From NCBI GenBank assembly GCA_050117845.1, contig JASFLY010000002.1, forward strand, positions 1 to 64,000: a stretch of 64,000 nt of DNA. The letters run 5' to 3'. The number at the start of each line of letters is the position of its first letter. Position 1 is the stretch's first letter. This stretch comes from Candidatus Zixiibacteriota bacterium. GTDB lineage: Bacteria; RBG-13-66-14; B26-G2; WVWN01. The translations under genes and the position numbers were made by a program. This document shows positions 1 to 9,649 of this stretch, in pieces. The notes beneath the pieces were generated by a model. That model worked only from the letters and a program-made list of their open reading frames with translations. It made no database searches and was not told the origin of the DNA.

Positions 1-60
1 AGGATCTAAATATCGGGATATGTGCACGCAACCTCCGGGGAATATAGCTACGCGGTATGA

Positions 61-1515
61 CTACTCTTCCCCGATCTCTTCATCGAGCAACACTTTAACT
101 CTTTCAATATTCCTTCTATTTATACCAATTTCCCGGGACGCGCCTACTACTTCCGCCATAGCGAGTGCTTCCGTGAAATATTTTAATGCCGTAGCCGGTT
201 CTCCATTATTAAAATAAGTACTGCCTATATTGCCAATATCTTGGCACTCACCTAAGCGGTTGCCAAGGCGACGGTCAATATCGAGCGCTGCTTGAAATTT
301 CTCTAATGCGTTCTCGGAGTCGCCTTTTCGTAGTAATACGATACCAATATTGCCGAGGGCACGGGCTTCTCCGTTGGGATTGCCTAACGAACGGTTTATT
401 TCAAGCGCCTCTCTGAAGCTTGTCAAAGCGCCATCTGAATCCCCCTTCATTCCTAATGCTATACCTATATTGCTTAGACCCACCGCTTCGCCCAAGGGAT
501 CCCCTAGCCCACGGTGTATGTTAATAGCTTCACTATATTGTTCCAATGCGCCATCGAGGTCCCCTTGCATCATAAGCACCGAACCAATATTACCTAGATT
601 CTGAGCCTCGCTATGCCTATTTCCAAGACTCCGGTCCATTAACTGCGCTTCTAGAAGGTACTCAAGTGCGTTACTTAGGTAACCTTTTAATATTAGTACC
701 GATCCTATATTCCCTAGGTCGGCAGCTTCGCCCTGGCGGTTTCCAGAACTCCGGTCTATTTCCAGCGCTTCGCAAAGGTTTTTTTGCGCCCCATCGAGGT
801 CGCCCTTTTCTTGGAGTATCAAACCGAGGGTGGTAAGATCCACAGCTTCGCCGAACAGGTCACTAAGGTGGCGATGGATTGTCAGCGCTTCACGGTTATT
901 TATAAGCGCGGCATCTAGGTTGCCTTTAAACATAAGTACGTTAGCTAAATTACCCTTATTCGCCGCCACTCCTTCCTTATAACCGGTTTTCTCTGCTAAA
1001 ACGACCCCTTTCTTGTGGCAAGCTTCTGCGGCGGCGTAATTACCAAGCTGCCTTTCTGCCATGCCAAGACCATTTAAAGCTGCCGCCCGCCCTCTATCGT
1101 CTTTGGCGTATTCAGATAGCTTCAAAGCATTAATAAATTCCTCCCGGGATAGCGCGAACTCTGATAATCTATCTAATACGTTCCCTAATGCTTGGTGTAT
1201 CGCGCTTAATTGGGAATAATCCTTTGTCCTCTTTAACGCCTCTTCGAAATTCGCCTTCGCCTCTTCGTACCTAGATTCCGACATAGCCCGAAGTCCCTCG
1301 GTGTATGAGTCTCGCACTTTTCTCGGTGCGTCGGGAAGGCCGTCCATGAATAAAGATAACCGGGCCGTTAATTCTTTAATATCTCTAGTTTGTTTTTTAC
1401 CCTTAACTTTATCTATTATATATAGGGTTAAACCTACTACACTACATCCCCCGGCTAAAACGCCGAACGCTGTAAGTATTAAACCCCAATCTGGAGTATA
1501 TCCCGCGATTTCCAT
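61..1515 (-). CDS. Membrane-anchored tetratricopeptide repeat protein (40-aa TPR repeats)
   Basis: Repeats of the type GxxxGEAxxLGNIGxVxxxxGDxDxALxxxxEALxIxRxL at a 40-aa period; N-terminal hydrophobic segment WGLILTAFGVLAGGCSVVGLTLYII; visibly lower GC than flanks. Start uncertain (ATG 1515 or 1566; ORF open to 1644). Confidence 0.85.
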   Translation of the reverse strand: MEIAGYTPDWGLILTAFGVLAGGCSVVGLTLYIIDKVKGKKQTRDIKELTARLSLFMDGLPDAPRKVRDSYTEGLRAMSESRYEEAKANFEEALKRTKDYSQLSAIHQALGNVLDRLSEFALSREEFINALKLSEYAKDDRGRAAALNGLGMAERQLGNYAAAEACHKKGVVLAEKTGYKEGVAANKGNLANVLMFKGNLDAALINNREALTIHRHLSDLFGEAVDLTTLGLILQEKGDLDGAQKNLCEALEIDRSSGNRQGEAADLGNIGSVLILKGYLSNALEYLLEAQLMDRSLGNRHSEAQNLGNIGSVLMMQGDLDGALEQYSEAINIHRGLGDPLGEAVGLSNIGIALGMKGDSDGALTSFREALEINRSLGNPNGEARALGNIGIVLLRKGDSENALEKFQAALDIDRRLGNRLGECQDIGNIGSTYFNNGEPATALKYFTEALAMAEVVGASREIGINRRNIERVKVLLDEEIGEE

Positions 1516-1582
1516 ATGCCGCGATATTAAACTAACATTTACCCCAAAACAACAATAATCCCCCATATTAACCCCAATAAAT

Positions 1583-1787
1583 GTAGGGGCCGACCTTCCT
1601 GCCGGCCGCGCAGACAGTGGGCTTAAGCCCACTGCCCAAAACACCGCGCCGACATTCCTACCGGCGGGTTAAATTCTCTCATTGAAAAACCTAACGAGGC
1701 CGCACCTGAAGGTACGGCCCTACGAAAACCTACGTGCGTGCCACCGGCATTCCTGCCGGTGAGAAACGGCGGCCGTAAAGGCCGCCG
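1583..1787. repeat. Cluster of REP-like palindromes
   Basis: GTAGGGGCCGACCTTCCTGCCGGCC (1583), rc GTAGGGCCGTACCTTCAGGTGCGGCC (1698-1723), CACCGGCATTCCTGCCGGTG (1742), CGGCGGCCGTAAAGGCCGCCG (1767); related copies elsewhere in the window. Confidence 0.65.
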
Positions 1788-1802
1788 CTCCTATCTAATA
1801 TT

Positions 1803-2651
1803 TTATTTCAGCGTTCGAGCCCGGTTCACCAGCCGGCCCAGCGGCCCGGCCTCGATGGCCACCTCGTCGCCGTCTCGCAACGCGAAGCCGGCCGGCGTCA
1901 TTATCCCCGTCCCCGTCAGCGCCACCGTGCCCGGCGGCACCGGATTGTAGCGCGTCAGGTACTCGTGCAGATACGGGATGGGGTGCCGCAGTTGCGACGT
2001 GTTCGTCCACCCCTCGAACGCGACCTCGCCGCCCCGGGTTATCGTCATCGTAATCTCGACGTTCGCGGCGTCGACCTCGTCCGCGGTGACGAGGTAGGGC
2101 CCCAGCGCGCAACAGCCGGCGTAGATCTTCGACTGCGGCAGGTAGAGCGGGTTCTCGCGTTCTATGTCCCAGGCCGAGACGTCGTTGCCCAACGTGTACG
2201 CGACGACGGCGCCGTCCCGCCCGACGACGTACGCGAACTCGGGCTCGGCCGCGGTGAGGGCCGAGTCGCCCCTGATGCCGATATCGTCCCCCGGCCCGAC
2301 GCACCGGCTCGCCGTGGCCTTGAAGAAGGTCTCCGGCCGGGGGCCCCGGTGCGCCCGGGCGTAAATGTCGCCGCCATACCCCGCGTCCTCTTCGCGGTCC
2401 GTAGCGCTCTTCCTGTATGTCACGCCGAAGCCCCATACCTCCGGCGGCTCGAGCGGGATGAGTTGCCGTCCGTCCCCGGCCCATCTTTTTTTCTCCAGAC
2501 TCAGGACGTATTCGCGTAACGCCTCCGGCGAGGTCCCACCGGCCCCGATCAACTCGATGGTGCTGTCGGCGTCGGCCACGACGAACCTCTCGCCGTGGCA
2601 CTCGGCCACGACGACCCGCCGGCCCTCCGTTTCATATTGGAAAAGTTTCAT
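1803..2651 (-). CDS. Fumarylacetoacetate hydrolase family protein (2-keto-3-deoxy-pentonate dehydratase-like)
   Basis: VWGFGVTYRKS, RPETFFK, EPE, GNDVSAWDIERENPLYLPQSKIY and LTGTG motifs of the XylX/KdaD-type FAH subfamily. Confidence 0.85.
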   Translation of the reverse strand: MKLFQYETEGRRVVVAECHGERFVVADADSTIELIGAGGTSPEALREYVLSLEKKRWAGDGRQLIPLEPPEVWGFGVTYRKSATDREEDAGYGGDIYARAHRGPRPETFFKATASRCVGPGDDIGIRGDSALTAAEPEFAYVVGRDGAVVAYTLGNDVSAWDIERENPLYLPQSKIYAGCCALGPYLVTADEVDAANVEITMTITRGGEVAFEGWTNTSQLRHPIPYLHEYLTRYNPVPPGTVALTGTGIMTPAGFALRDGDEVAIEAGPLGRLVNRARTLK

Positions 2652-2730
2652 CGATATCCAGCATATGAAAGAGGTCCCGGGCCCGCAACAAAAAATCGCC
2701 CCGGCCCGCCGTATCTGATATAATTATAAT

Positions 2731-3081
2731 GTGGGGGTAGTGATCGAATCGTACGAGTTCGGCCGCGCCGTCGTCAACGGCCGGGAGCACCGCGCCGACC
2801 TGATAATCCTGCCGGATCGCGTCATCCCGGACTGGTGGCGGCTGGAGGGCCACCACCTCGCACCGGAGGATCTCCGCGACATCGTCACGGCCGCCCCGCG
2901 GTATTTAATTGTAGGCGCCGGCGCGTACGGCGCCGTCGACGTACCCGAAGAGACGGTTTTATACCTCGAAAGCCAAGGCGTCATAGTGGAAATATACGAC
3001 ACCGCCCGGGCCGTGAAGCGTTATAACGATCTCGCCGCCGCCGGCGAGGCCGTGGCTGCGGCCTTACACCTCACGTGCTAA
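2731..3081 (+). CDS. Mth938-like domain protein (DUF498/598)
   Basis: IESYEFG..VVNG, WWRLEGHHL, IVGAG, T..AV..YN, C-terminal LHLTC. Confidence 0.85.
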   Translation: MGVVIESYEFGRAVVNGREHRADLIILPDRVIPDWWRLEGHHLAPEDLRDIVTAAPRYLIVGAGAYGAVDVPEETVLYLESQGVIVEIYDTARAVKRYNDLAAAGEAVAAALHLTC

Positions 3082-3127
3082 TCCCCCCCCAATCAAATCG
3101 ACCGACCGGATAGTTTCTCCAAAGGAG

Positions 3128-3156
3128 TTGACACCGGACCCGAACCGGCGTAGTAT
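3128..3156 (+). promoter_or_regulatory. Sigma70-type promoter
   Basis: TTGACA-17bp-TAGTAT upstream of the C69 peptidase. Confidence 0.65.
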
Positions 3157-3248
3157 ATATTACCTAATGAGAGGGACGGTTCGGACCGACGGATGTAAAT
3201 AAGCGTAAAGCATATCCAACAGGCTCAAGCGTCAGGAGGACGATTTTT

Positions 3249-4985
3249 ATGGCCGAACGAACCACCCCCCTATGGTTAACGTTTTTCGCGATTCTATTAT
3301 TAATACCGGCCGCGTCCTTCGCGTGCACCACCATCCTGGCGACCCCCGGCGCCACCCTGGACGGCTCCTGCATGGTAACCCACTCCGACGACAACGAGCT
3401 AATGGACGAGCGCATCATCTACGTCCCGGCGGCGGACCACGAGCCGGGGGCCCGGCGGCCCGTTTACTGTTCGGCCTGCGCGCTCGGCGAATACAAACAA
3501 TACAACGCCGTCATTTACCCCCGGCTGGTAACGGGGGACCGCGGCCCCGGATACGACACGCCCGGCTACCCGGAATACATCCCGATGGGGTACATCCCCC
3601 AGGTGGAGCACACCTACGCGTACATCGACGGCTCCTACGGCATCATTAACGAACATCAGCTCATGATAGGCGAGTGCACCAACGGCGCCAAGATCCAGCC
3701 CGGCCCGGAGCCCGGCAAGCGCATCTTCTACTCCAGCGAACTCTCCCGCGTCGCCCTCGAGCGGTGCACCAAGGCCCGGGAAGCCGTCGAGCTGATGGGC
3801 AGCCTCATCGACACCTACGGCTACTACGGCACCGGCGAGACGCTACTGGTGGGCGACCCGAACGAGGGCTGGGTATTCGAGATGTGCGGCGACGACACCG
3901 AGGGCGTCGGCGGCCTGTGGGTCGCGAGGCGCGTCCCCGACGGCGAGCTCTTCGTCGCGGCCAACGAGTTCCGCATCCGCGAGATAGACCCGGACGACCC
4001 GGATTTAATCTACTGCGAGAAGCTCTTCGAAGTCGCGGAAGGCCACGGCTGGTGGAAGCCCGAGGAAGGGCCGCTCGACTGGCTGCGGGCCGTGAGCCTC
4101 GGCGAATACAACCATCCCTACTATTCCCTGCGGCGCGTGTGGCGCGTCCTCTCGAACGTCGCGCCCTCGGCGGGCCTCGACCCCTGGGTGGAGGACGGCT
4201 ACACCAAGGCCTACCCGTTCTCGATCAAGCCGGACGCCCCCCTCTCCGTACGCGACGTGATGGAACTCCACCGGGACCACTACGAGGGCACCGAGTTCGA
4301 CATGACGGAGGGCCTCGCCGCCGGGCCGTTCGGCTTCCCCAACCGCTACTACGGCCCGTACGAAGGCTCGGGCGACGTGGCCGATCCCCGTCGCAAGCTC
4401 GAGGGGGCGTGGGAGAGGCCGTTGTCGGTGGCCTATTGCGGCTACGTCTACGTGAACCAGGGCCGGAGTTGGCTGCCCGACCCGGTGGGCGGCATCTGCT
4501 GGATGGGGCCGGACAAGCCGACCGAGACCTGCTTCGTCCCCTTCTACTGCGGCGTGACGTCCCTGCCCTCGTCGTACGAGGTGTGCGATACGGCGGTGTA
4601 CAGCCGCGACAGCGCCTGGTGGGCGTTCAACTTCGTCGCGAACTGGTCCGCGCTCAAGTACGACTATATGCGCAAGGACATCCGCGACATGCAGGATAAG
4701 ATAGAACTCGCGCAGTTCGACGACGTGAAGGCCGCGGACGCCGAGGCCGAGAAGTTGTATAAACAGTCGCCCGACGCCGCGCGCGAGTACCTCACGAAAT
4801 ACTCGAGCGACAACGCCGGCCGGGTCGTCGGCGAGTGGTGGGCTTTCGCCGACTTACTTATCGCCAAGTACGACGACGGCTACATCAACGAGCCGGGGAA
4901 AATGGCCCAGGAGATCGGATACCCGAAATGGTGGCGCGACGCCGTCGGCTACCCCGACGGCCCCACGGGGTACGAGAAACCGTAG
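3249..4985 (+). CDS. C69 family dipeptidase (Ntn hydrolase), secreted
   Basis: Signal peptide followed by N-terminal nucleophile CTT; HSDD, NEHQLMIGECT, ANEFRI, YSLRRVWR, RDHYEGT, ERPLS motifs. Confidence 0.9.
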   Translation: MAERTTPLWLTFFAILLLIPAASFACTTILATPGATLDGSCMVTHSDDNELMDERIIYVPAADHEPGARRPVYCSACALGEYKQYNAVIYPRLVTGDRGPGYDTPGYPEYIPMGYIPQVEHTYAYIDGSYGIINEHQLMIGECTNGAKIQPGPEPGKRIFYSSELSRVALERCTKAREAVELMGSLIDTYGYYGTGETLLVGDPNEGWVFEMCGDDTEGVGGLWVARRVPDGELFVAANEFRIREIDPDDPDLIYCEKLFEVAEGHGWWKPEEGPLDWLRAVSLGEYNHPYYSLRRVWRVLSNVAPSAGLDPWVEDGYTKAYPFSIKPDAPLSVRDVMELHRDHYEGTEFDMTEGLAAGPFGFPNRYYGPYEGSGDVADPRRKLEGAWERPLSVAYCGYVYVNQGRSWLPDPVGGICWMGPDKPTETCFVPFYCGVTSLPSSYEVCDTAVYSRDSAWWAFNFVANWSALKYDYMRKDIRDMQDKIELAQFDDVKAADAEAEKLYKQSPDAAREYLTKYSSDNAGRVVGEWWAFADLLIAKYDDGYINEPGKMAQEIGYPKWWRDAVGYPDGPTGYEKP

Positions 4986-5008
4986 CCCGATTAAGCTTAA
5001 CCGGAACC

Positions 5009-5032
5009 AAGCCGCCCCTCGGGGCGGCTTTT
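5009..5032 (+). terminator. Intrinsic terminator
   Basis: AAGCCGCCCC-TC-GGGGCGGCTTTT hairpin plus T run after the stop codon. Confidence 0.7.
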
Positions 5033-5041
5033 CCTTTGGCG

Positions 5042-5070
5042 TTGACAATAAAGGCCGACTGGCCTAATAT
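5042..5070 (+). promoter_or_regulatory. Sigma70-type promoter
   Basis: TTGACA-17bp-TAATAT, followed by AGGAGG RBS and ATG at 5095. Confidence 0.7.
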
Positions 5071-5094
5071 AACGGCAACGACGTAGGAGGCAAG

Positions 5095-7026
5095 ATGCCC
5101 GACTTCCATTTCGACCCCCGCACGCGCCGGGAAACCGACCCGGAAATACCCGAAATTCAAAAGATGATCAACTACGACTTCGACTTCGACGGCGTCGTGG
5201 CGGCGGTCTTTAGCCTACTCGAGAAGAAGACCACCCTCCGCGGCTGTCGCCTCTCCGTCGTGGGCCGCGACTTCAAGAAGCGGCCGCTACTGGAATCATC
5301 CGCCATGCCGGCCAAGAGCCGGACCCCCCGTTGCCCGCTCCTCTCCTACCCCCTGCCCCTCACCAACGACGAAATCCGGTACACGCTCGACGTCTACTCC
5401 TTCGAGACGCCCCAGCTCAACCGGCCCGACTCGGACGTCCTCAACAAATGCCTCGACCTCCTGTACCAGGCCGTGAACAAGGACTACCACGAGCGCGACC
5501 ACCTGACCGGCCTGTACAACCGCCAGGGCTTCCTGCCCCGCATGGAGCGTACGTTGGAGCAGGGCAAGCAGGAGGACCGGCCGCTGGCCGTCTTTATCCT
5601 CGACCTGGATCACTTTAAAAACGTTAACGACACCTACGGCCATCCGGTCGGCGACCTGGTGTTGTTCGAGTTCGCGAGCGTCATCGCGGACGTGGCCGCG
5701 GGCAAGGGCCTGGTGGGACGTTACGGCGGCGAGGAATTCGTGGTCGTTCTGCCGGGATACGACCCGGAGACGGCGCCGGCCGTGGCCGAGGAGATGCGCG
5801 CCAAAACCGAAAAGATAAAAATCTGGGTGGACAAATCGGCGGGGAAGGCCGTGTCGCCCACCTGCTCGGTCGGCGTGGCGCTCTTCCCGGCGCACGGCGC
5901 CGACGTGGAAACGCTGGTCAACTTCGCCGACATGGCGCTGTACGAGGCCAAGAACGGCGGCCGCAATCGCGTCGAGGTGTACCCGCTCGACGCCCCGGAC
6001 GTTCGCCTAAAAAAGCTGAAGGAGACCGTCGACACCGGGACGCTGGAGCCGCTGCGCGACCTCGAGAGTAAATGTAATATCATTACGCTCCGCGAACGGA
6101 ACATCGTGACGGGCCTGCCGCTCGCGGTGGCCGTGACCGGCTCCCGGCTCTTCGTCCTCGACGGCCAGGCCAAGAAGGTCCGCGTTTACGACGGCAAGGA
6201 AAAGAAATTCAGGCCGGAACTCGGCGGCCCGGTCGACGCCCCCGACGGCCTCGAAGGCCCGGTGGACCTCGCCGTCGGTTCGGACGACCGGGCGTACGTC
6301 GTCGACGCTCCGAGCCACGTCGTCAAGGTCTTCGAAGCGAACGGCGCCTACGCCGGGTTTATCGGAGGCCGCGACGCCGACGGCGCCCCCATCTTCGGAT
6401 ACGTCAAGGGCGCCTTCAACGAACCGGTCGCCGTCTCGCTGGACGGCGAGGGCCGGGTCCTCGTCGCCGAGCGCATGAACCGCCGCGCCCAGCGCTTCAC
6501 CGCCGCGGGGGAGTTCGACGGCCTGGAAGTCCCGCTCGACGCCGGGGAGGTCGAACCGACCTACCAGCCCGATCCCCGCGACGTCGCCGGCGACAAGAAC
6601 GGAAACATCTACATCCTGGACGCCGGCAACAGCGTCATCCACAAATTCGACGCGGCCGGGAGTTACGTCCGGGCGATAGGCGGCCCGGGCCCCGCCGCGG
6701 ACGCCGGCCGTTTCAAGGGCGTCACGGCCCTGGCCGTGGACCGTGACGGGAATCTGGCGTCGCGCCTGCGCGACGTGGGCGTGGCCGTTCCGGCCGGAGC
6801 GCCGGGGGTCATCGTCACGGCCGAGGCCGGCGACGTCAACCGCCTACAGTTCTTCGACGTGGACGGCACCTACCTGGGCATGGTGGACTTCGCCCGCGTG
6901 GCCCAAAAGTTGAATCGAACCGTACGTCCGGGCCGTCTGACCGTCACGGCTCCGGGGAACATCTACCTGGTGGATTCGGAGAACGCCGACGTCGTCCAGC
7001 TGAGTTTCGCGGGCGACGTGTACTAG
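5095..7026 (+). CDS. Diguanylate cyclase with GAF-like N-terminus and C-terminal NHL beta-propeller
   Basis: DHLTGLYNR, DLDHFKNVNDTYGHPVGD, RYGGEEF, ALYEAKNGGRN; C-terminal NHL repeats (LEGPVDLAV, FNEPVAVSLD, PRDVAGDKNGNIYILD). Confidence 0.9.
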   Translation: MPDFHFDPRTRRETDPEIPEIQKMINYDFDFDGVVAAVFSLLEKKTTLRGCRLSVVGRDFKKRPLLESSAMPAKSRTPRCPLLSYPLPLTNDEIRYTLDVYSFETPQLNRPDSDVLNKCLDLLYQAVNKDYHERDHLTGLYNRQGFLPRMERTLEQGKQEDRPLAVFILDLDHFKNVNDTYGHPVGDLVLFEFASVIADVAAGKGLVGRYGGEEFVVVLPGYDPETAPAVAEEMRAKTEKIKIWVDKSAGKAVSPTCSVGVALFPAHGADVETLVNFADMALYEAKNGGRNRVEVYPLDAPDVRLKKLKETVDTGTLEPLRDLESKCNIITLRERNIVTGLPLAVAVTGSRLFVLDGQAKKVRVYDGKEKKFRPELGGPVDAPDGLEGPVDLAVGSDDRAYVVDAPSHVVKVFEANGAYAGFIGGRDADGAPIFGYVKGAFNEPVAVSLDGEGRVLVAERMNRRAQRFTAAGEFDGLEVPLDAGEVEPTYQPDPRDVAGDKNGNIYILDAGNSVIHKFDAAGSYVRAIGGPGPAADAGRFKGVTALAVDRDGNLASRLRDVGVAVPAGAPGVIVTAEAGDVNRLQFFDVDGTYLGMVDFARVAQKLNRTVRPGRLTVTAPGNIYLVDSENADVVQLSFAGDVY

Positions 7027-7535
7027 GCGCCGAGGAGCAGACAGAGCGCCCGGGAGGAGAGGTAGAAAACTTTGCGGGCGAGTAGCGGCGGCGGGTAGCA
7101 GGCGTCCGTTACGGTACCCTCGAGTCGGGACAGGGCCGCGAGGGCGGCGCCGACCAGACGGGCCCACGGCGTGTCGAAGCGTATCACCCGGCCGTTCTTC
7201 TTCTCGAGCGCACGCACGTAGCCCGGGACGTCGGCGGGCCTAACGGGCGGGTCCGGCCGGGGAGACGCGTCGCCCTTGAGGAGAAGGAATCCCCCGCGAC
7301 GGCCCACGACGCGGTGGATCACGGCCCGACCCCGGGCCGGGGCGGCCACGACGTCGCCGAAGCGAAATCGGCGGCCCGGCGCTTCGATTACGAAAACGTC
7401 GCCGGCACGCGCGAGCGGCCCCATCGAACCCGTCGTAACCGTCGAGCGATACGGCCCCGCCAGGAGCGCCCGCCGGAGTATCTCGGCGGCCGCCCAGGCC
7501 TGGGCTTCGTCCCGCGATTCAATCCCGACTCGCAC
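7023..7535 (-). CDS. S24/S26 family peptidase (signal peptidase I-like)
   Basis: TGSMGP, GDVV, IHRVV, LKGDA..PDPP motifs. Confidence 0.75.
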   Translation of the reverse strand: MRVGIESRDEAQAWAAAEILRRALLAGPYRSTVTTGSMGPLARAGDVFVIEAPGRRFRFGDVVAAPARGRAVIHRVVGRRGGFLLLKGDASPRPDPPVRPADVPGYVRALEKKNGRVIRFDTPWARLVGAALAALSRLEGTVTDACYPPPLLARKVFYLSSRALCLLLGA

Positions 7536-7588
7536 CGCAGGATTTTAACACAACGGCAAGGGGAGCGAAACCGCCGGAGATATTTTAT

Positions 7589-7882
7589 ATGGCCATAGTA
7601 CAGGTAACCGTCGTACCACTCGGGACCGGCGGGCCGTCGCTTAGCGGCTACGTCAAGGACGTGCTTCGCGTCCTGGACCGGCACCCGGACGTCGTGGCCC
7701 ACGTCGGCCCGAACGGCACCGCCCTCGAGGGAGACCTCGACGCCCTCTGGCCCGTCATCCGGGAGATGCACGAAGCCCCGTTCGCCGCCGGCGTCTCCCG
7801 CGTCATGACGCTACTCAACGTCGACGACCGGCGCGACAAGCCGGGGACGGTCGAGGGGAAGCTTGCCGCCGTCGGAAGGTAA
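7589..7882 (+). CDS. MTH1187 family thiamine-binding protein
   Basis: VVPLGTG.PSLS.YV, GPNGTALEG, MHEAPF..G..RV, DDRRDK. Confidence 0.88.
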   Translation: MAIVQVTVVPLGTGGPSLSGYVKDVLRVLDRHPDVVAHVGPNGTALEGDLDALWPVIREMHEAPFAAGVSRVMTLLNVDDRRDKPGTVEGKLAAVGR

Positions 7883-8597
7883 GGATTCGGAACGCGCGGG
7901 CGAGAACGTCTTCACCGGCGACGCCGCGGCCCATTACGACGCGTGGTTCGAAACGCCGGCCGGCCGGCACGCCCGGGAGCTGGAGGACGAATTGCTTAAG
8001 AAGGCCGCCGGGAGCGACGCCCCCCGGCTCGTCCTCGACGTCGGCTGCGGGACCGGCATGCACCTCCCGCTCTTTACGGCCGAAGGGGGCCGGGGCGTGG
8101 GCCTCGAGCCCTCGCGGGACATGCTGGCCCGGGCAAAGCGAAAAAGGACGGAACGAGGTTTATACTTTATCCAAGGGCGCGCGGAGGCCTTGCCGTTCCG
8201 GGACGGAACCTTCGACCTGGTCACGCTTATAACGTCGCTCGAGTTCGTGGCCGACGCCGACCGGGCCCTGGCGGAGGCGCGGCGGGTTTGCCGCGGCCGG
8301 GTCGTCGTCGCGGCGCTCAACGCCTGGTCCCTCTCCGCGCTGGTACGCCGGGCGCGGCGAAACGTCAAACGGACGCTTTTCCGGACGGTCCGGTTTTATA
8401 ATCCGTACGAACTTCGGCGGGCCCTGCGGCGCCACCTCTCGCCGCCGATCGAAACGGCTTCGACGCTGCACTTCCACCCGCTCTTTACACAGCGACTCGC
8501 CCCCGCGCTCGCCAGGGCGGACCGACTGCTGACCCGTCTCGGCTGGCTTCTGGGAGCGTTCGTCGTCGCGGCCGGCAACGTTAAACGGGACTTATAA
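7863..8597 (+). CDS. Class I SAM-dependent methyltransferase
   Basis: YDAWFETPAG, VLDVGCGTG, AEALPF.DGTFD, ITSLEF; start codon uncertain. Confidence 0.85.
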   Translation: MPPSEGKDSERAGENVFTGDAAAHYDAWFETPAGRHARELEDELLKKAAGSDAPRLVLDVGCGTGMHLPLFTAEGGRGVGLEPSRDMLARAKRKRTERGLYFIQGRAEALPFRDGTFDLVTLITSLEFVADADRALAEARRVCRGRVVVAALNAWSLSALVRRARRNVKRTLFRTVRFYNPYELRRALRRHLSPPIETASTLHFHPLFTQRLAPALARADRLLTRLGWLLGAFVVAAGNVKRDL

Positions 8598-9643
8598 TGA
8601 AATACGGTTCAATACTTTTACTATTCCTGCCGGCCGCCGCCCTCTCATATTACCTCGGCGGGCCTCCGGTGTTCACGTTCTTCGCGGCGGCGGTGGCGCT
8701 TATCTATCTGGCCGCGGCCATGGGTTGGGCGACGGAGGTGTTGGCGGCGCGGGCCGGCCCCACCATCGGCGGCCTGCTCAACGCCACCCTCGGCAACGCC
8801 GCCGAATTCATCATCGCGCTTGTGGGCGTACGGGCGGGCCTGTCCGTCGTCGTCAAGGCCTCGCTCACCGGGTCCATCCTCGGCAACTCGCTGCTCGTAC
8901 TGGGTATGTCGTTTCTCGTGGGCGGCCTGCGCCACAAGCTGCAAACCTTCAACGTCCGCAACGCCACCATGGGCGCCACGTTGATGGTCCTGGCCGTCTC
9001 GGCGTTGTTGATGCCCTCGCTGTTGCATTACATAGGCCGGGGCGAGGCGATCTCGGAGCATCGCCTGAGCCTGGCAATATCCATAATCCTCGTCGTGGCC
9101 TACGTCGCCAGCATCGTCTTCTCGCTTATTACCCACCGCCACATCTTCCCCCACCATAGGGACAAGGAAGAAGAGGGGAAGAAGAGGCCCATCGCGTGGG
9201 CGTCGGTCGTACTGGGCCTGACGACGGTCGGTATAGTCGCCGCCGCCGAGCTCCTCGTCGCGGTGGTCGAGCCGACGGCCCACGCGCTGGGGTGGAGCGA
9301 CGTCTTCATAGGGATAGTCGTCGTCGCCGTGGCCGGCAACGCCGCCGAGAACTTCGCCGCCATCCTCATGGCCTGGCGCAACCGCATGGACCTGGCCATT
9401 ACCATCACGCAGGGTTCATCGATGCAGATAGCGCTCCTCGTAGCGCCGCTCATCGTCATCATCAGCTACGTATGGCCGCAGCCGCTGGACCTCATCTTCA
9501 CGCCGCTGGAGGTGGCCGCCGTAGCCGTCTCCATGCTTATCTGTTCGCTCATAACCGGCGACGGCGAAAGCAACTGGTTCGAGGGCCTCTTAATGCTCGC
9601 GCTGTACGCCATCCTCGGCGTTACGTTCTTCTTCGCCGCGTAA
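8597..9643 (+). CDS. cax: Calcium/proton exchanger (CaCA family)
   Basis: Two GNAAE alpha-repeat motifs, GSILGNSLL, GSSMQIAL, GESNWFEG; about 11 hydrophobic segments. Confidence 0.9.
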   Translation: MKYGSILLLFLPAAALSYYLGGPPVFTFFAAAVALIYLAAAMGWATEVLAARAGPTIGGLLNATLGNAAEFIIALVGVRAGLSVVVKASLTGSILGNSLLVLGMSFLVGGLRHKLQTFNVRNATMGATLMVLAVSALLMPSLLHYIGRGEAISEHRLSLAISIILVVAYVASIVFSLITHRHIFPHHRDKEEEGKKRPIAWASVVLGLTTVGIVAAAELLVAVVEPTAHALGWSDVFIGIVVVAVAGNAAENFAAILMAWRNRMDLAITITQGSSMQIALLVAPLIVIISYVWPQPLDLIFTPLEVAAVAVSMLICSLITGDGESNWFEGLLMLALYAILGVTFFFAA

Positions 9644-9649
9644 AGCGTA

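Noticed and set aside
7536..7588. TPP riboswitch ahead of the thiamine-binding protein/thiL run
   Set aside because: Only about 50 bp and no CTGAGA or other TPP-aptamer core.
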